Shown here piece by piece: positions 25,418-36,023 of a stretch of 64,000 nt of DNA (within the stretch, counting starts at the first letter, position 1; every line of letters starts with the position of its first letter). Position numbers and translations under genes: made by a program. The DNA is taken from the NCBI GenBank assembly GCA_963752285.1, contig CAVVXN010000005.1, forward strand, positions 1,280,001 through 1,344,000, given 5' to 3'. The stretch is from an uncultured Planctomycetota bacterium. Its GTDB lineage: Bacteria; Planctomycetota; PLA2; JAEUHO01. The notes under the pieces are model-generated. The model was not told the origin of the DNA and did not search any database. It worked only from the letters and a program-made list of their open reading frames with translations.

Positions 25418-26449
25418 TCAGACGTTCCTCCGCACGCGCGACGCGAGGCCGACGGCCACCGCGAGCTCGCTCACGTGCTCCTTCAGCGCGTCCACCTCGA
25501 CGGTGCCGGCCGCGATGGGGAGGTCCCCCGTGGGGTCCCAGGTCATCGTCGGGCGGTCGAACGTCCGCGCGAGGTCGTCCTCGAGGCCGACGAGGCGCGC
25601 TCCGCCCCCGGAGAGCAGGACCTCGTCGATGCCGAGGTCGAACTGGTTCTCGAAGTACTCGAACGAGAGACGGATCTCGGCGGCGAGGTCGTCGACCGCG
25701 GGCGTGACCGCGGCGCGCACGCGCTCCACCTCCTGGCCGGGACGGAGCTTCAGGGCCTCGGCCTCGGCCTGCTTCAGGCCGAGACGGTTGCCGATCGCCG
25801 TCGTGAACGCGTCGCCGCCGGCGTGGATCTCGCGGGTGAAGAGCGAGGTCCCCGTGCGGACGAGGTTCACGCAGGTCTTCGAGGCGCCGACGTCCACCAG
25901 CGCCGAGACCCGGCTCCCTCCTTCCGGGCCCCGGCGCACGGAGGTCTCGAAGGCGTTGCCGAGCGCGAAGACGTCCACGTCCACGATCTCGGGGTGCAGA
26001 CCCGCGGCGGCCAGGATGCGGAGCTGCTCGTCGATGATGGCCCGTTTGCAGGCCACGAGGAGCACGCGCATCTCGTTCGGCGCGAGGTCGCCGACGCCCT
26101 CGGACTCGAAGGGCTGGCAGTCGAGCACGACCTCGTCCACGTCGAACGGGATGTACTTGTCCGCCTCGAAGCGGATGGCGTTGCGGAGGTCGTCCGCCCC
26201 CATCCGGTACATCGTGAGGTACCGGACGATGACCGCCTTGCCCGACACCGACGTCACGACGCGGCGCGAGTGGAAGTCGTTCTCTCTCAGGACCCGCTGG
26301 ATCGTCTCCGGTACGGCGTCGGGGCTGGGGAGCTCCGCGGTGCCGAAACCGGTGATGACCGGGCCGCCGTTCCAGGTGAGCTCGACGGCCTTGACGGCAC
26401 GGGTGCCGACGTCCAGACCGATGAGACTCCGGATCTTCCGGAAGAGCAT
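25418..26449 (-). CDS. pilM: Type IV pilus assembly protein PilM
   Basis: IGLDVGTRAVKAVEL, EADKYIPF, ALVDVGA, LSGGGA and VAVGLA; ATG 26449 with GGGAGG RBS. Confidence 0.92.
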   Translation of the reverse strand: MLFRKIRSLIGLDVGTRAVKAVELTWNGGPVITGFGTAELPSPDAVPETIQRVLRENDFHSRRVVTSVSGKAVIVRYLTMYRMGADDLRNAIRFEADKYIPFDVDEVVLDCQPFESEGVGDLAPNEMRVLLVACKRAIIDEQLRILAAAGLHPEIVDVDVFALGNAFETSVRRGPEGGSRVSALVDVGASKTCVNLVRTGTSLFTREIHAGGDAFTTAIGNRLGLKQAEAEALKLRPGQEVERVRAAVTPAVDDLAAEIRLSFEYFENQFDLGIDEVLLSGGGARLVGLEDDLARTFDRPTMTWDPTGDLPIAAGTVEVDALKEHVSELAVAVGLASRVRRNV

Positions 26450-26710
26450 GGTCGCCTCCCAGGGGAAGCCCTCGATCGGGCCTCGCGCCGGGACCTCTTT
26501 CGACCCGCGCCGCCGCCGCTCTTGAGCCCGTTCGTCTCCCGTGTCGGCCTTTCTCGACGCCGCGCGGTGCTCCCGGTCCACGCGACCGCCCGGACCGGCC
26601 ACGGGGCGGCCCCGACGGCCCCCGGGTGCGGTCCCCCTCGGACGGTCGGGCCCCCCGACCGGAGCCCCCGCCTCCGCCGGCGGCGGGCCGGGTCGCCGCC
26701 CCCCCGGTCC

Positions 26711-28438
<1,728 letters not shown>

Positions 28439-28537
28439 CGTCGCAAGATCGTACGGGCGGACGGCCTGCCGGTGGCGATCGGACCACCCGGGCCCCGTGG
28501 CCCCGGTCGGCCGGATGGACGGGCGGCCCGGCCCGAG

Positions 28538-28852
28538 CTACCGGATCCCGAACCGGTCCTGGAAGAGCAGTCGGATCGCCTCGACGGCGGCCTCGGCGTC
28601 CGGTCCCGACGCCTCGACGTCGAGCTTCGTCCCGCAGGGGGCGGCGAGGAACATCAGGTCCATGATGTTCTTCGCGTCGGCGCGGGTGCCGGGGGGGGTC
28701 GAGATCGTCACGGGGCTCTCCACGAGCACGAGGGCGATCTCGGACTGGTACTCGCGCGCCTTCTGGGCGACGAGAGAGGCGGGGCGGGCGTGGAGGCCCT
28801 TCTCGTGGATGACCTCGATCCGCGCGCGGACCACGTGGTTCGAGCCGGTCAT
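28538..28852 (-). CDS. ptsH: HPr family phosphocarrier protein
   Basis: GLHARPAS (His15), DAKNIMDLMFL and ASGPDAEAAV; ATG 28852. Confidence 0.9.
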   Translation of the reverse strand: MTGSNHVVRARIEVIHEKGLHARPASLVAQKAREYQSEIALVLVESPVTISTPPGTRADAKNIMDLMFLAAPCGTKLDVEASGPDAEAAVEAIRLLFQDRFGIR

Positions 28853-28931
28853 CCCCGCGCCTCCCCGTCCCGACGGGGAGCCGACCCGGGCCGCCGGGGG
28901 GCGCCGCGCCACGCCGGGGGCCGTCGCGGCC

Positions 28932-29432
28932 TCACGGGGCCAGCTCCTCCCAGGCGTCCTGGAGCGCCTCGCGGATCGCGCCGGGGGTCCGGCTCTGGCG
29001 AAGCACGCGCCGCCACTTCTCCTCGCGGTTGCCCGCCTTGGCCAGCGCCGCGATGCGCTTCGCGACCTCCAGGTACTCGACGTTGTCCGGCGAAGCGACG
29101 AGGAACACCGTGTACACGGGCCCGTTGTCGAGCGCCCGGAAGTCCACGCCGGAGGGCGACAGCCCGACGGCGATGACGGCGTGGTCGAGGAAGGCCACGT
29201 CCGCCACGCTCTTCGGGTGCGGGAGGGCGATGCCGTTGCCGACGCCCGTCGTGGCCGCGGCCTCGCGCTCGAGAACGGTCTCGAGGAGCAGGTCGCGCTC
29301 CGCCTTCGTGATCGACCCCGAAGCCACGAGGAGCCCCGCCAGCTCGGCGATCGCCTCTTCCCGGACGTCCTGTTTCAGGACCGGGCGGCAGTGTTCCTCG
29401 CGCACGTAGTCGATGATCTTGGTGACGGGCAT
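28932..29432 (-). CDS. PTS EIIA component, Ntr/fructose-type (PtsN-like)
   Basis: ERE...TTGVGNGIALPH and GVDFRALD..PV..VFL; ATG 29432. Confidence 0.88.
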   Translation of the reverse strand: MPVTKIIDYVREEHCRPVLKQDVREEAIAELAGLLVASGSITKAERDLLLETVLEREAAATTGVGNGIALPHPKSVADVAFLDHAVIAVGLSPSGVDFRALDNGPVYTVFLVASPDNVEYLEVAKRIAALAKAGNREEKWRRVLRQSRTPGAIREALQDAWEELAP

Positions 29433-29470
29433 CGCGCTCCCTCGCGGCCGGTGGGTGGAATCCGGCGGGG

Positions 29471-29866
29471 TCACTCGCCCCGTCTCATTCGGTCGATCAC
29501 GTCCTCGTACGTCTCGGCGTTGTCGGGGGCGCCGGCCGCCTCGCCCGGGCTCGCCGCCGGGGGCCGCTCGCCCCGGTGGTGGTCCGTCAGGCGCTGCTTG
29601 AACCGCCTCAGCTGGCCCGCCAGCTTCTGCTCTGCCAGGTCGCACGCGGCGAACATGTCCGGCGCCTCCGCCTTTCCGACCAGTCGGACGCCCCGAGGGA
29701 CGTCGAACACGATCTCGACGCGGTGCGAGTCGTGCTCGACGTCCATCGTGACGCTCGCGGACGTGGCGCGATCGTAGTACCGGGAGAGCTTTTCGACCTT
29801 CTCTCGCGCGTAGGCCTTCATGGCCTCGGTCACGACGGAATCACGACCGGTGATGACGATCTTCAA
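29471..29866 (-). CDS. hpf: Ribosome hibernation promoting factor (HPF/RaiA)
   Basis: TTG start 29866 with GGAGGT RBS; KIVITGR..VTEAMKAYAREKVEKL...DMFAACD...QLRRFK. Confidence 0.9.
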   Translation of the reverse strand: MKIVITGRDSVVTEAMKAYAREKVEKLSRYYDRATSASVTMDVEHDSHRVEIVFDVPRGVRLVGKAEAPDMFAACDLAEQKLAGQLRRFKQRLTDHHRGERPPAASPGEAAGAPDNAETYEDVIDRMRRGE

Positions 29867-30747
29867 GGGGGACCTCCGGACGGACCGCTGAGGGCCGATT
29901 CTACGGCCGCTCCGAAACGAGGGGGTAGTCGGCCCACGGCGTCCTCGCCGGCGACGCCCACCGCCATCAGCGTGAGCCCGCGCGCGGGCGCGGTCGGGCC
30001 CGCCGCGGCCCGGTCCCGCGCGGCGAGGATCCCGGCCATCGCCGCGCGCGCCGCGGCGGGGCCGCCACCGCCGCGCGCCGCCGCGACCATCGTGCCGACG
30101 AGCGTGCGGATCATCTTGTAGAGGAAGCCGTCCCCCACGACGTCGAGCCGCAGGTGTTCCTCGTCGCGCGTCCAGGACACGACCCAGAGGGTACGCACGG
30201 TCGAGCGCCGGGGGGATCCCGCGCTCGCGAAGGACCGGTAGTCGTGCGTCCCTACGAGGGCGGACGCCGCCGCGTCGAGCGTGTCCGGGTCGAGGGGGAC
30301 GGGGACCCGCCAGGTCACACGGCGCTCGAGCGGGCGCCGACCCCGGGTGGTGAGGAGGACGTACCGGTACCACTTCCAGCGCGCGTCGCGCCGCGCGTGG
30401 AAGGACGGGGACGCGTCCGAGACGGACCGCACGCCGACGTCCGGCGGCAGCACGGCGTCGAGCGCACGCGCGATCCGGGCCGCCGGCAGGGCCGACGGGG
30501 TGCGGCACGAGGCCACCATGTGCCGCGCGTGGACGCCCGCGTCCGTCCGGCCCGCGCCGACCACGCGGTGCGGCGCGCCGAGGACGCGTTCGAGCGCGGC
30601 CTCGACCACCGCCTGGACCGTCCGCCCGCCCGCCTGCCGCTGCCACCCGAGGAGATCGGTCCCGTCGTACTCCAGGTCGATCCGGAGCCCCCGCGGGGCG
30701 TCCCCGGTCCCGACGTGCTCCCGCCGCGGGAGGGGATCCGAGCCCAC
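29863..30747 (-). CDS. truA: tRNA pseudouridine(38-40) synthase
   Basis: LEYDGT..GWQRQ, AGRTDAGVHA, FHAR, GTHDYRSF, GFLYKMIR and TAPARGL. Confidence 0.95.
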   Translation of the reverse strand: MGSDPLPRREHVGTGDAPRGLRIDLEYDGTDLLGWQRQAGGRTVQAVVEAALERVLGAPHRVVGAGRTDAGVHARHMVASCRTPSALPAARIARALDAVLPPDVGVRSVSDASPSFHARRDARWKWYRYVLLTTRGRRPLERRVTWRVPVPLDPDTLDAAASALVGTHDYRSFASAGSPRRSTVRTLWVVSWTRDEEHLRLDVVGDGFLYKMIRTLVGTMVAAARGGGGPAAARAAMAGILAARDRAAAGPTAPARGLTLMAVGVAGEDAVGRLPPRFGAAVESALSGPSGGPP

Positions 30748-30762
30748 CTCGGGGCGCCCGCG

Positions 30763-32196
30763 TCACGACCACACGCGGCGCTGGCGCGACGAGGGGATGC
30801 CGAGGGCCTTCCGGTACTTCGTCACCGTGCGGCGCGCGATGCTCAGGCCGAACCCCTTGTTCAACCGGTCCGCGACCTCGTCGTCCGACATCGGCGACGA
30901 CTTGTCCTCGCCCTCGATGATCGTGCGGACGCGTTCCTTCACGCTCTGGCGCGACTCGACGCCGCCGTCCTCGCTCTCCGTCCCGCCCGTGAAGAAGAAC
31001 TTGAGCGGTACGATGCCCTGCGGGGTCTGCGCGTACTTGTCGCTGATCGCGCGGCTCACGGTCGAGACGTGGATCCCGAGGGCGTCCGCGACCTCCTGCA
31101 TCTTGAGCGGCCTGAGATGGCTCACGCCGAAGTCGAGGTAGTCGCGCTGGCGGGCGACGATCTCGCGCGCGACGCGGTCGAGAGTGCTCTTCCGCTGTGC
31201 GATCGCCTCGATCAGCCACTTCGCGGAGTCGATCTTCTTCTTCAGGTACTCGCGGACCTTCGGGTCGCCGCGGGACTCGCGGAGCATGGAGCGCACGCGC
31301 GGGCTGATCCCGACGCGCGGGAGGTGGTCGTTCACGAGGTCCACCACGTACACGCCGTCGTCCCAGTCGACGATCACGTCGGGCGTGATGTACCGGACCG
31401 GCACCGAGGTGTAGGCCAGGCCGGGCCGCGTGCTGAGGGTGGCCATGCTCCGCAGGAGGTCGTACACGTCGGGGACCTCGAGATCGAGCGCCTTCGCCAC
31501 CTTCGGCAGCTTGTTCCGCGTGACGTCGTCCAGGTGGTCCCTCACGAGCGCGCGCTTGAGGTCGGCGTCGGGGTCGGTGGGCGAGATCTGGAGCAGGAGG
31601 CACTCCGCGACGTCGCGGGCCCCGACGCCGGCGGGGTCGAGCGTGTGGACGACCGCGAGCGCCTGCTCGGCCACCGCGAGGTCCACGGGCGCGTCCATGC
31701 CCTCGACGACCTCCGCCAGGGGGCACGGGAGGTACCCCGCCTCGTCCAGGTTGTAGACGACGGCCTCCGCGGCGCGCCGGACCTCGGGATCGAGGTCCAG
31801 CTCCTCGAGCTGGACGATCAGGTGCTCGGCGAGGCCCCCGCCGGCCGCGGGCGTGTTCTGCATCGCCTCGAGCTTGCGGTCGGCGGCCTCCTCCGCGGCC
31901 TGGCGGCTGCCGTAGCTCGAGGGCGCCCGCTGCGCGTCCGCCAACGCGTCGAGCCGGTCGAGGACCTTCTCCGCGTCGTCCTCGAACGACTCGTGCTCGC
32001 CGTTCAGGGCCGCCCCGGGGAGGTCCTCCGGTGCGGGCTCGACGATCTCGAGGGCCTCGTTCTCCTGCAGCTCGTTCTCGATCAGCTCGCGGAGGTCCAT
32101 CGCGGGCAGCTGCAGGATCTCGATCGACTGGATGATCTGCGGCGCGAGTCGCAGCTGCTGGGACAGACGAAGGTTGAGACCTACTTCCAGTCGCAT
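30763..32196 (-). CDS. rpoN: RNA polymerase sigma-54 factor
   Basis: Gln-rich region I (PQIIQSIEILQL), GVGARD..ECL, HTH HVSTVSRA and RpoN box ARRTVTKYR. Confidence 0.97.
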   Translation of the reverse strand: MRLEVGLNLRLSQQLRLAPQIIQSIEILQLPAMDLRELIENELQENEALEIVEPAPEDLPGAALNGEHESFEDDAEKVLDRLDALADAQRAPSSYGSRQAAEEAADRKLEAMQNTPAAGGGLAEHLIVQLEELDLDPEVRRAAEAVVYNLDEAGYLPCPLAEVVEGMDAPVDLAVAEQALAVVHTLDPAGVGARDVAECLLLQISPTDPDADLKRALVRDHLDDVTRNKLPKVAKALDLEVPDVYDLLRSMATLSTRPGLAYTSVPVRYITPDVIVDWDDGVYVVDLVNDHLPRVGISPRVRSMLRESRGDPKVREYLKKKIDSAKWLIEAIAQRKSTLDRVAREIVARQRDYLDFGVSHLRPLKMQEVADALGIHVSTVSRAISDKYAQTPQGIVPLKFFFTGGTESEDGGVESRQSVKERVRTIIEGEDKSSPMSDDEVADRLNKGFGLSIARRTVTKYRKALGIPSSRQRRVWS

Positions 32197-32205
32197 GAGG
32201 TGCTC

Positions 32206-32235
32206 ATTCTACCGCGTCGGACACCGAAACGGCAA
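32206..32235 (-). promoter_or_regulatory. Candidate sigma70-type promoter of rpoN (near-leaderless)
   Basis: TTGCCG-N18-TAGAAT, 9 nt upstream of the ATG. Confidence 0.5.
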
Positions 32236-32251
32236 CGTGCCGGGCCCTCCG

Positions 32252-32902
32252 TCACGTCCGGGCGCGCCGGACGTCGCCGGGTCGGTCGGGTCCCTTCTCG
32301 ACGTCCTCGACGACCCGTCGCCCCTCGAACGCCTCGGCGAGCACGGCCGCGCTCTGGTACTCGATCTGTCCCCCCGTCGGAAGACCGCGCGCGAGACACG
32401 TGACCTTCACGCCCAGGGGGAGGAGCGTCCGCTCGAGAGCGCGCGCGGTGCCGTCTCCCTCCAGGTCGGGGTTCGTGGCGATGCAGACCTCCTCCACCCC
32501 GCCCGAGGACACGCGCGCCGCGAGCGCGTCGAGGTCGAGGTCCTCGGCCGACACGCCCTCCAGCGGAGACAGGCGGCCGCCCAGCACGAAGTAGAGGCCC
32601 GGGAACCCGCCCGCGTCCTCCATCGCCGTCTGGTCGCGCGCGGTCTCGACCACCATCAGCAGGCGGGCGTCGCGCGCGGGGTCGTCGCAGGTCGCGCACG
32701 GGTCGCGCTCCGACGGCGCGCGGCACCGCCCGCACGGTCGGATCTTCGAGCGCGCCGCGCGGATCGCGTCCGCGAGCTCGAGCGCGCGCGCCTCCGGGAC
32801 GCGGATCAGGTGGTGCGCGAGGCGCTCCGCGCTCCGGCGGCCGATGCCCGGCAGCCGTTCGAGCTCCGCCACGAGACGCACGAGACTCGGCGGGGTCGTC
32901 AC
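32252..32902 (-). CDS. recR: Recombination mediator RecR
   Basis: LPGIGRRSAERL, C4 finger CGRC..CATC, VVE, YFVLGG, ATNPDLEGD and LARGLP; GTG start overlaps the dnaX stop. Confidence 0.95.
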   Translation of the reverse strand: MTTPPSLVRLVAELERLPGIGRRSAERLAHHLIRVPEARALELADAIRAARSKIRPCGRCRAPSERDPCATCDDPARDARLLMVVETARDQTAMEDAGGFPGLYFVLGGRLSPLEGVSAEDLDLDALAARVSSGGVEEVCIATNPDLEGDGTARALERTLLPLGVKVTCLARGLPTGGQIEYQSAAVLAEAFEGRRVVEDVEKGPDRPGDVRRART

Positions 32903-34500
32903 GAGTCGTCCTCGGCGTCGCCGCCGCCGGCGTCCACGTCGAGGAGCCGGCCGCCCGTCTTCTCCGTGACGCGTCGGATCGCCGGGTGCTCGTGGGGTCT
33001 CGGCGTCGGCTCCGCGGGCGCGGCCGCCGCGCGGCGGACCTCGGTCAGGACGTAGGGGAGCTCGCGCCCCCACGCCTCCCGCGCGAGGCCGCGGAAGGCG
33101 CGTACCGCCTCGCGCCGTCCGAGCGCGGAGCGGGCGAGGTGGTCGTCCGGGTCCACCTCGAGCACGACGCGCTCGTCGTCGAGCGCGGCGGGCACGGCCC
33201 GCGCGAGCGCCGCGGCGAGGCGTCCGTCGTCGCGGCCCGCGGCCTCGACGAGCCGGTCCCATCCCGCGCGCACCGCCCCGATCCCGAGCGGTACGGGGCC
33301 CGTCGGACGCGGACCGGACGGCGCGACGGGCTCGCCAGCGACCGGGGCGGACGCGACGGACGCGGGCGGCGGCGCCTGGGCGACCGGGTCCCGGTCCACA
33401 GCGCCGCGCGGCGCCTGACGGAGCGCCTCGAGCAGACCGTCGAGGTCGCGCGCGTCGGGCAGCCGCGCCAGCTCGACGGCGGCCACCTCGAGCACGAGCG
33501 GCCCGTCGGCGCCGGCGCGGAGGTGCGCCCGCTTCTCGAGCAGCACGTCGATCGCGCGCGCCGTCGCGGCGAGCGAGCCGCCCTCGCCGCGCGCCGCCCG
33601 CGCGAGCGTCGCGCGGAGGGCCTCCATCCACTGGTCGAGCAGCACGCCGGGCTTCGCGCCCGACGCGAGGCACCCGTCCACCGCGTCGAGCGCGCCCGCG
33701 GCGTCGCCACGTCCCACCGCCCCTTGGAGGGCCTCGAGGAGGCGGCCGGGCGCGCGGCCCGCCAGCGCGTCGAGGTCCGCGCGCGCGAGGCGCCCCGACG
33801 GCGAGGCCGAGATGAGCTGCTCGAGCAGCGACTCCGCGTCCCGCAGCCCACCGAGCGCCGCGGCGGCCACGTCGTCGAGGAGGCCCTCCTCGGCCTCCAC
33901 CCCCTCGCGGGCGGCCAGGTCGGCGAGGCGGGCGGCCATCGCCGGCGCGTCGATGGGGCGGAACTCGACCCGTTGGCAGCGGCTCCGGAACGTGTCGGGG
34001 AGCTTGTGCTCCTCGGTCGTGCAGAACAGGAAGACCACGCCCTCCGGCGGTTCCTCGAGCGTCTTCAGGAACGCGTTGAACGCCGGGAGCGAGAGCATGT
34101 GGACCTCGTCCACGATCCAGATGCGGTGGCGCGACCGGACCGTCGCGTAGCCGACCTGCTCGCGCAGCCGCCGCACGTCCTCGACGTGGTTGTTCGACGC
34201 CGCGTCCATCTCGACCACGTCCAGGTCGTTGCCGCTGGCGATGTCGCGGCAGGAGGGGCACCGGCCGCACGGCTCCGGCGTCCCGTTCGCCGTCTCGGCC
34301 TCCGCGCAGTTCAGCGCCTTCGCGAAGATCCGCGCGCTCGTGGTCTTGCCGACGCCCCGCGGGCCCACGAAGAGGTACGCGTGGCCGACGCGGCCGGACG
34401 TGATCGCGTTCTCGAGGATGCGGGCGACGTGCTCCTGCCCGACGAGCTGCGAGAACGCCTGCGGCCGGTACTTGCGCGAGAGGACCTGATGGTGGGACAC
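32899..34500 (-). CDS. dnaX: DNA polymerase III subunit gamma/tau
   Basis: LSRKYRPQ.F, GPRGVGKTT, EMDAASN, VDEVHML, LKTLEEPP and SRCQ; GTG 34500. Confidence 0.95.
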   Translation of the reverse strand: MSHHQVLSRKYRPQAFSQLVGQEHVARILENAITSGRVGHAYLFVGPRGVGKTTSARIFAKALNCAEAETANGTPEPCGRCPSCRDIASGNDLDVVEMDAASNNHVEDVRRLREQVGYATVRSRHRIWIVDEVHMLSLPAFNAFLKTLEEPPEGVVFLFCTTEEHKLPDTFRSRCQRVEFRPIDAPAMAARLADLAAREGVEAEEGLLDDVAAAALGGLRDAESLLEQLISASPSGRLARADLDALAGRAPGRLLEALQGAVGRGDAAGALDAVDGCLASGAKPGVLLDQWMEALRATLARAARGEGGSLAATARAIDVLLEKRAHLRAGADGPLVLEVAAVELARLPDARDLDGLLEALRQAPRGAVDRDPVAQAPPPASVASAPVAGEPVAPSGPRPTGPVPLGIGAVRAGWDRLVEAAGRDDGRLAAALARAVPAALDDERVVLEVDPDDHLARSALGRREAVRAFRGLAREAWGRELPYVLTEVRRAAAAPAEPTPRPHEHPAIRRVTEKTGGRLLDVDAGGGDAEDDS

Positions 34501-34590
34501 GGTCGGGATCCTACCCGGCCACTCCCCCCCCAGCGGGCGGCCGCCCTCGACGCGGGTAGGATCCGGCCGGTCCCCGCGGAGTCCCGGATC

Positions 34591-35094
34591 ATGGCCGTCT
34601 GGAAGGTCGCTCGGCTCGGTCGCGCGTCGTCCCTCACGGGCGAACCGTTCGGGCCCGACACCGACGTGGTGACCGCCCTGTTCGGGACCGAGGAGGAGGT
34701 CGGGGAGGACCGCGTCCGCGGCACGGGCTTCGTGCGCCGCGACTACCTCGCTGCGGAGGCGACGCCGGAGGTGCTCGACGGCGCGTACTGCGTGTGGCGC
34801 ACGCGGACGCCGCCGGCGTCGCCGGACGCCGAACGCCGCCTCGACCTCGACATGGCCCGCGAGTTCCTGGAGCGTCTCCTCGCCGACGCCGAGGAGGAAC
34901 GCGCGCCGGTGGCCTTCGCCCTCGCGCTCATCCTCGTTCGGAAGCGCCGCCTCCGGCTGGTGTCCGAGGGCGAGGGCGCCCTGGAGGTCGCCTGGCCGCG
35001 CACGGACGCGACCTTCCACGTGCCCGCACCGGTCCTGACGGAGGCGGACACCGAGGCGCTGGAGCAGGAGCTCCGGCGGCTGTTCGCCCTCTGA
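34591..35094 (+). CDS. Hypothetical protein (167 aa)
   Basis: ATG 34591, protein-like composition (WKV...RRDY...WRT...LALILVRKRRLRL), divergent from dnaX. Confidence 0.7.
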   Translation: MAVWKVARLGRASSLTGEPFGPDTDVVTALFGTEEEVGEDRVRGTGFVRRDYLAAEATPEVLDGAYCVWRTRTPPASPDAERRLDLDMAREFLERLLADAEEERAPVAFALALILVRKRRLRLVSEGEGALEVAWPRTDATFHVPAPVLTEADTEALEQELRRLFAL

Positions 35095-35107
35095 GCGGCG
35101 GTCCGGC

Positions 35108-35989
35108 TCAGAACTCGATCTTCGTCTTCCCCTCCAGCGCCTCCTCGGCCTTCCGGCGGACGAAGGGGTCGGGGTCCTGCCGCGCGGCCTCGAGCGGCGC
35201 CCGGGCCGCCTCGTTCTTGTGGATCGCGAAGCCGAGGCCCTTCGCCGCGGCGCCGCGGTCCTGCCACGTGGCGCCTTCCCTCACCATGCGGCCGAGCGCG
35301 GCCACCGCGTCGTCGGTCGCGATCGCGCCGAGCGCGTACGCCGCGTACGTGCGCGCGCCGGGGACCGCGGACGAGAGGACGGCTCTCGAGGCGAGCGTGG
35401 GCACCGCGGGCGCGCCGATCGCCGCGAGGACCTGGGCGGCCTGCTGCCGGGCGATGTCGTCGATCTCGAAGTAGGTGAAGGTCTTGTGGAGCGGCTTGTT
35501 CGGGTTGTCGGGGTTGAAGACGTCTACGGTCAACGGCTCCTTCAACGGCCACCGCGCGGTGACGAGCGGCTCCGCGAAGTACGCGACCGCCGGCTCCCCC
35601 ACGTGAGCCGCCTCGTACGCGACGCGCGTCACCTCCGCGCGCTTGCCGAGCCGCGAGGCGCTCCAGAAGTAGCGGAACAGGTTCTCCGAGAGCACGTACG
35701 GCGCCGCGCCGCCGTACGACAGCCACGCGTCGCGCTCGCTCGGCCACCGGGGGTCCTTCGTGAGGAAGAGGCTCCACGCCCGCCGGAACCGCGCCTCCTC
35801 CTCGGGCGTCATCTTCGACGCGCGGACCATGCGGTCGTCCGCGACGCTCGTGACGGAGGACGGCGCCCCGGCCGCCGCCGTCCCCGGCGGCGGCGCCGCG
35901 CGGGGTCCGGATGAGCACGCGAAGAGGGACGCGGTCCCCGCGAGGAGGAGGGCGACCCGGACGCGGAGGCGAAGCGCAGGACGTTGCAT
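35108..35989 (-). CDS. HEAT-repeat lipoprotein
   Basis: Lipobox LFA-C; helical repeats ARQQAAQVLAAIG, ARTYAAYALGAI, RGAAAKGLG and DPDPFVRRKAEEAL. Confidence 0.75.
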   Translation of the reverse strand: MQRPALRLRVRVALLLAGTASLFACSSGPRAAPPPGTAAAGAPSSVTSVADDRMVRASKMTPEEEARFRRAWSLFLTKDPRWPSERDAWLSYGGAAPYVLSENLFRYFWSASRLGKRAEVTRVAYEAAHVGEPAVAYFAEPLVTARWPLKEPLTVDVFNPDNPNKPLHKTFTYFEIDDIARQQAAQVLAAIGAPAVPTLASRAVLSSAVPGARTYAAYALGAIATDDAVAALGRMVREGATWQDRGAAAKGLGFAIHKNEAARAPLEAARQDPDPFVRRKAEEALEGKTKIEF

Positions 35990-36023
35990 GGCCCGACGAT
36001 CGCGTCCGGCCGTCACGACTCCG

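Noticed and set aside
26497..26526. sigma28-like promoter (CTCAAG-N16-GTCGAAAG) before pilM, with a similar CTCAAG before xerD
   Set aside because: Spacing and -10 match are poor; too weak to call.
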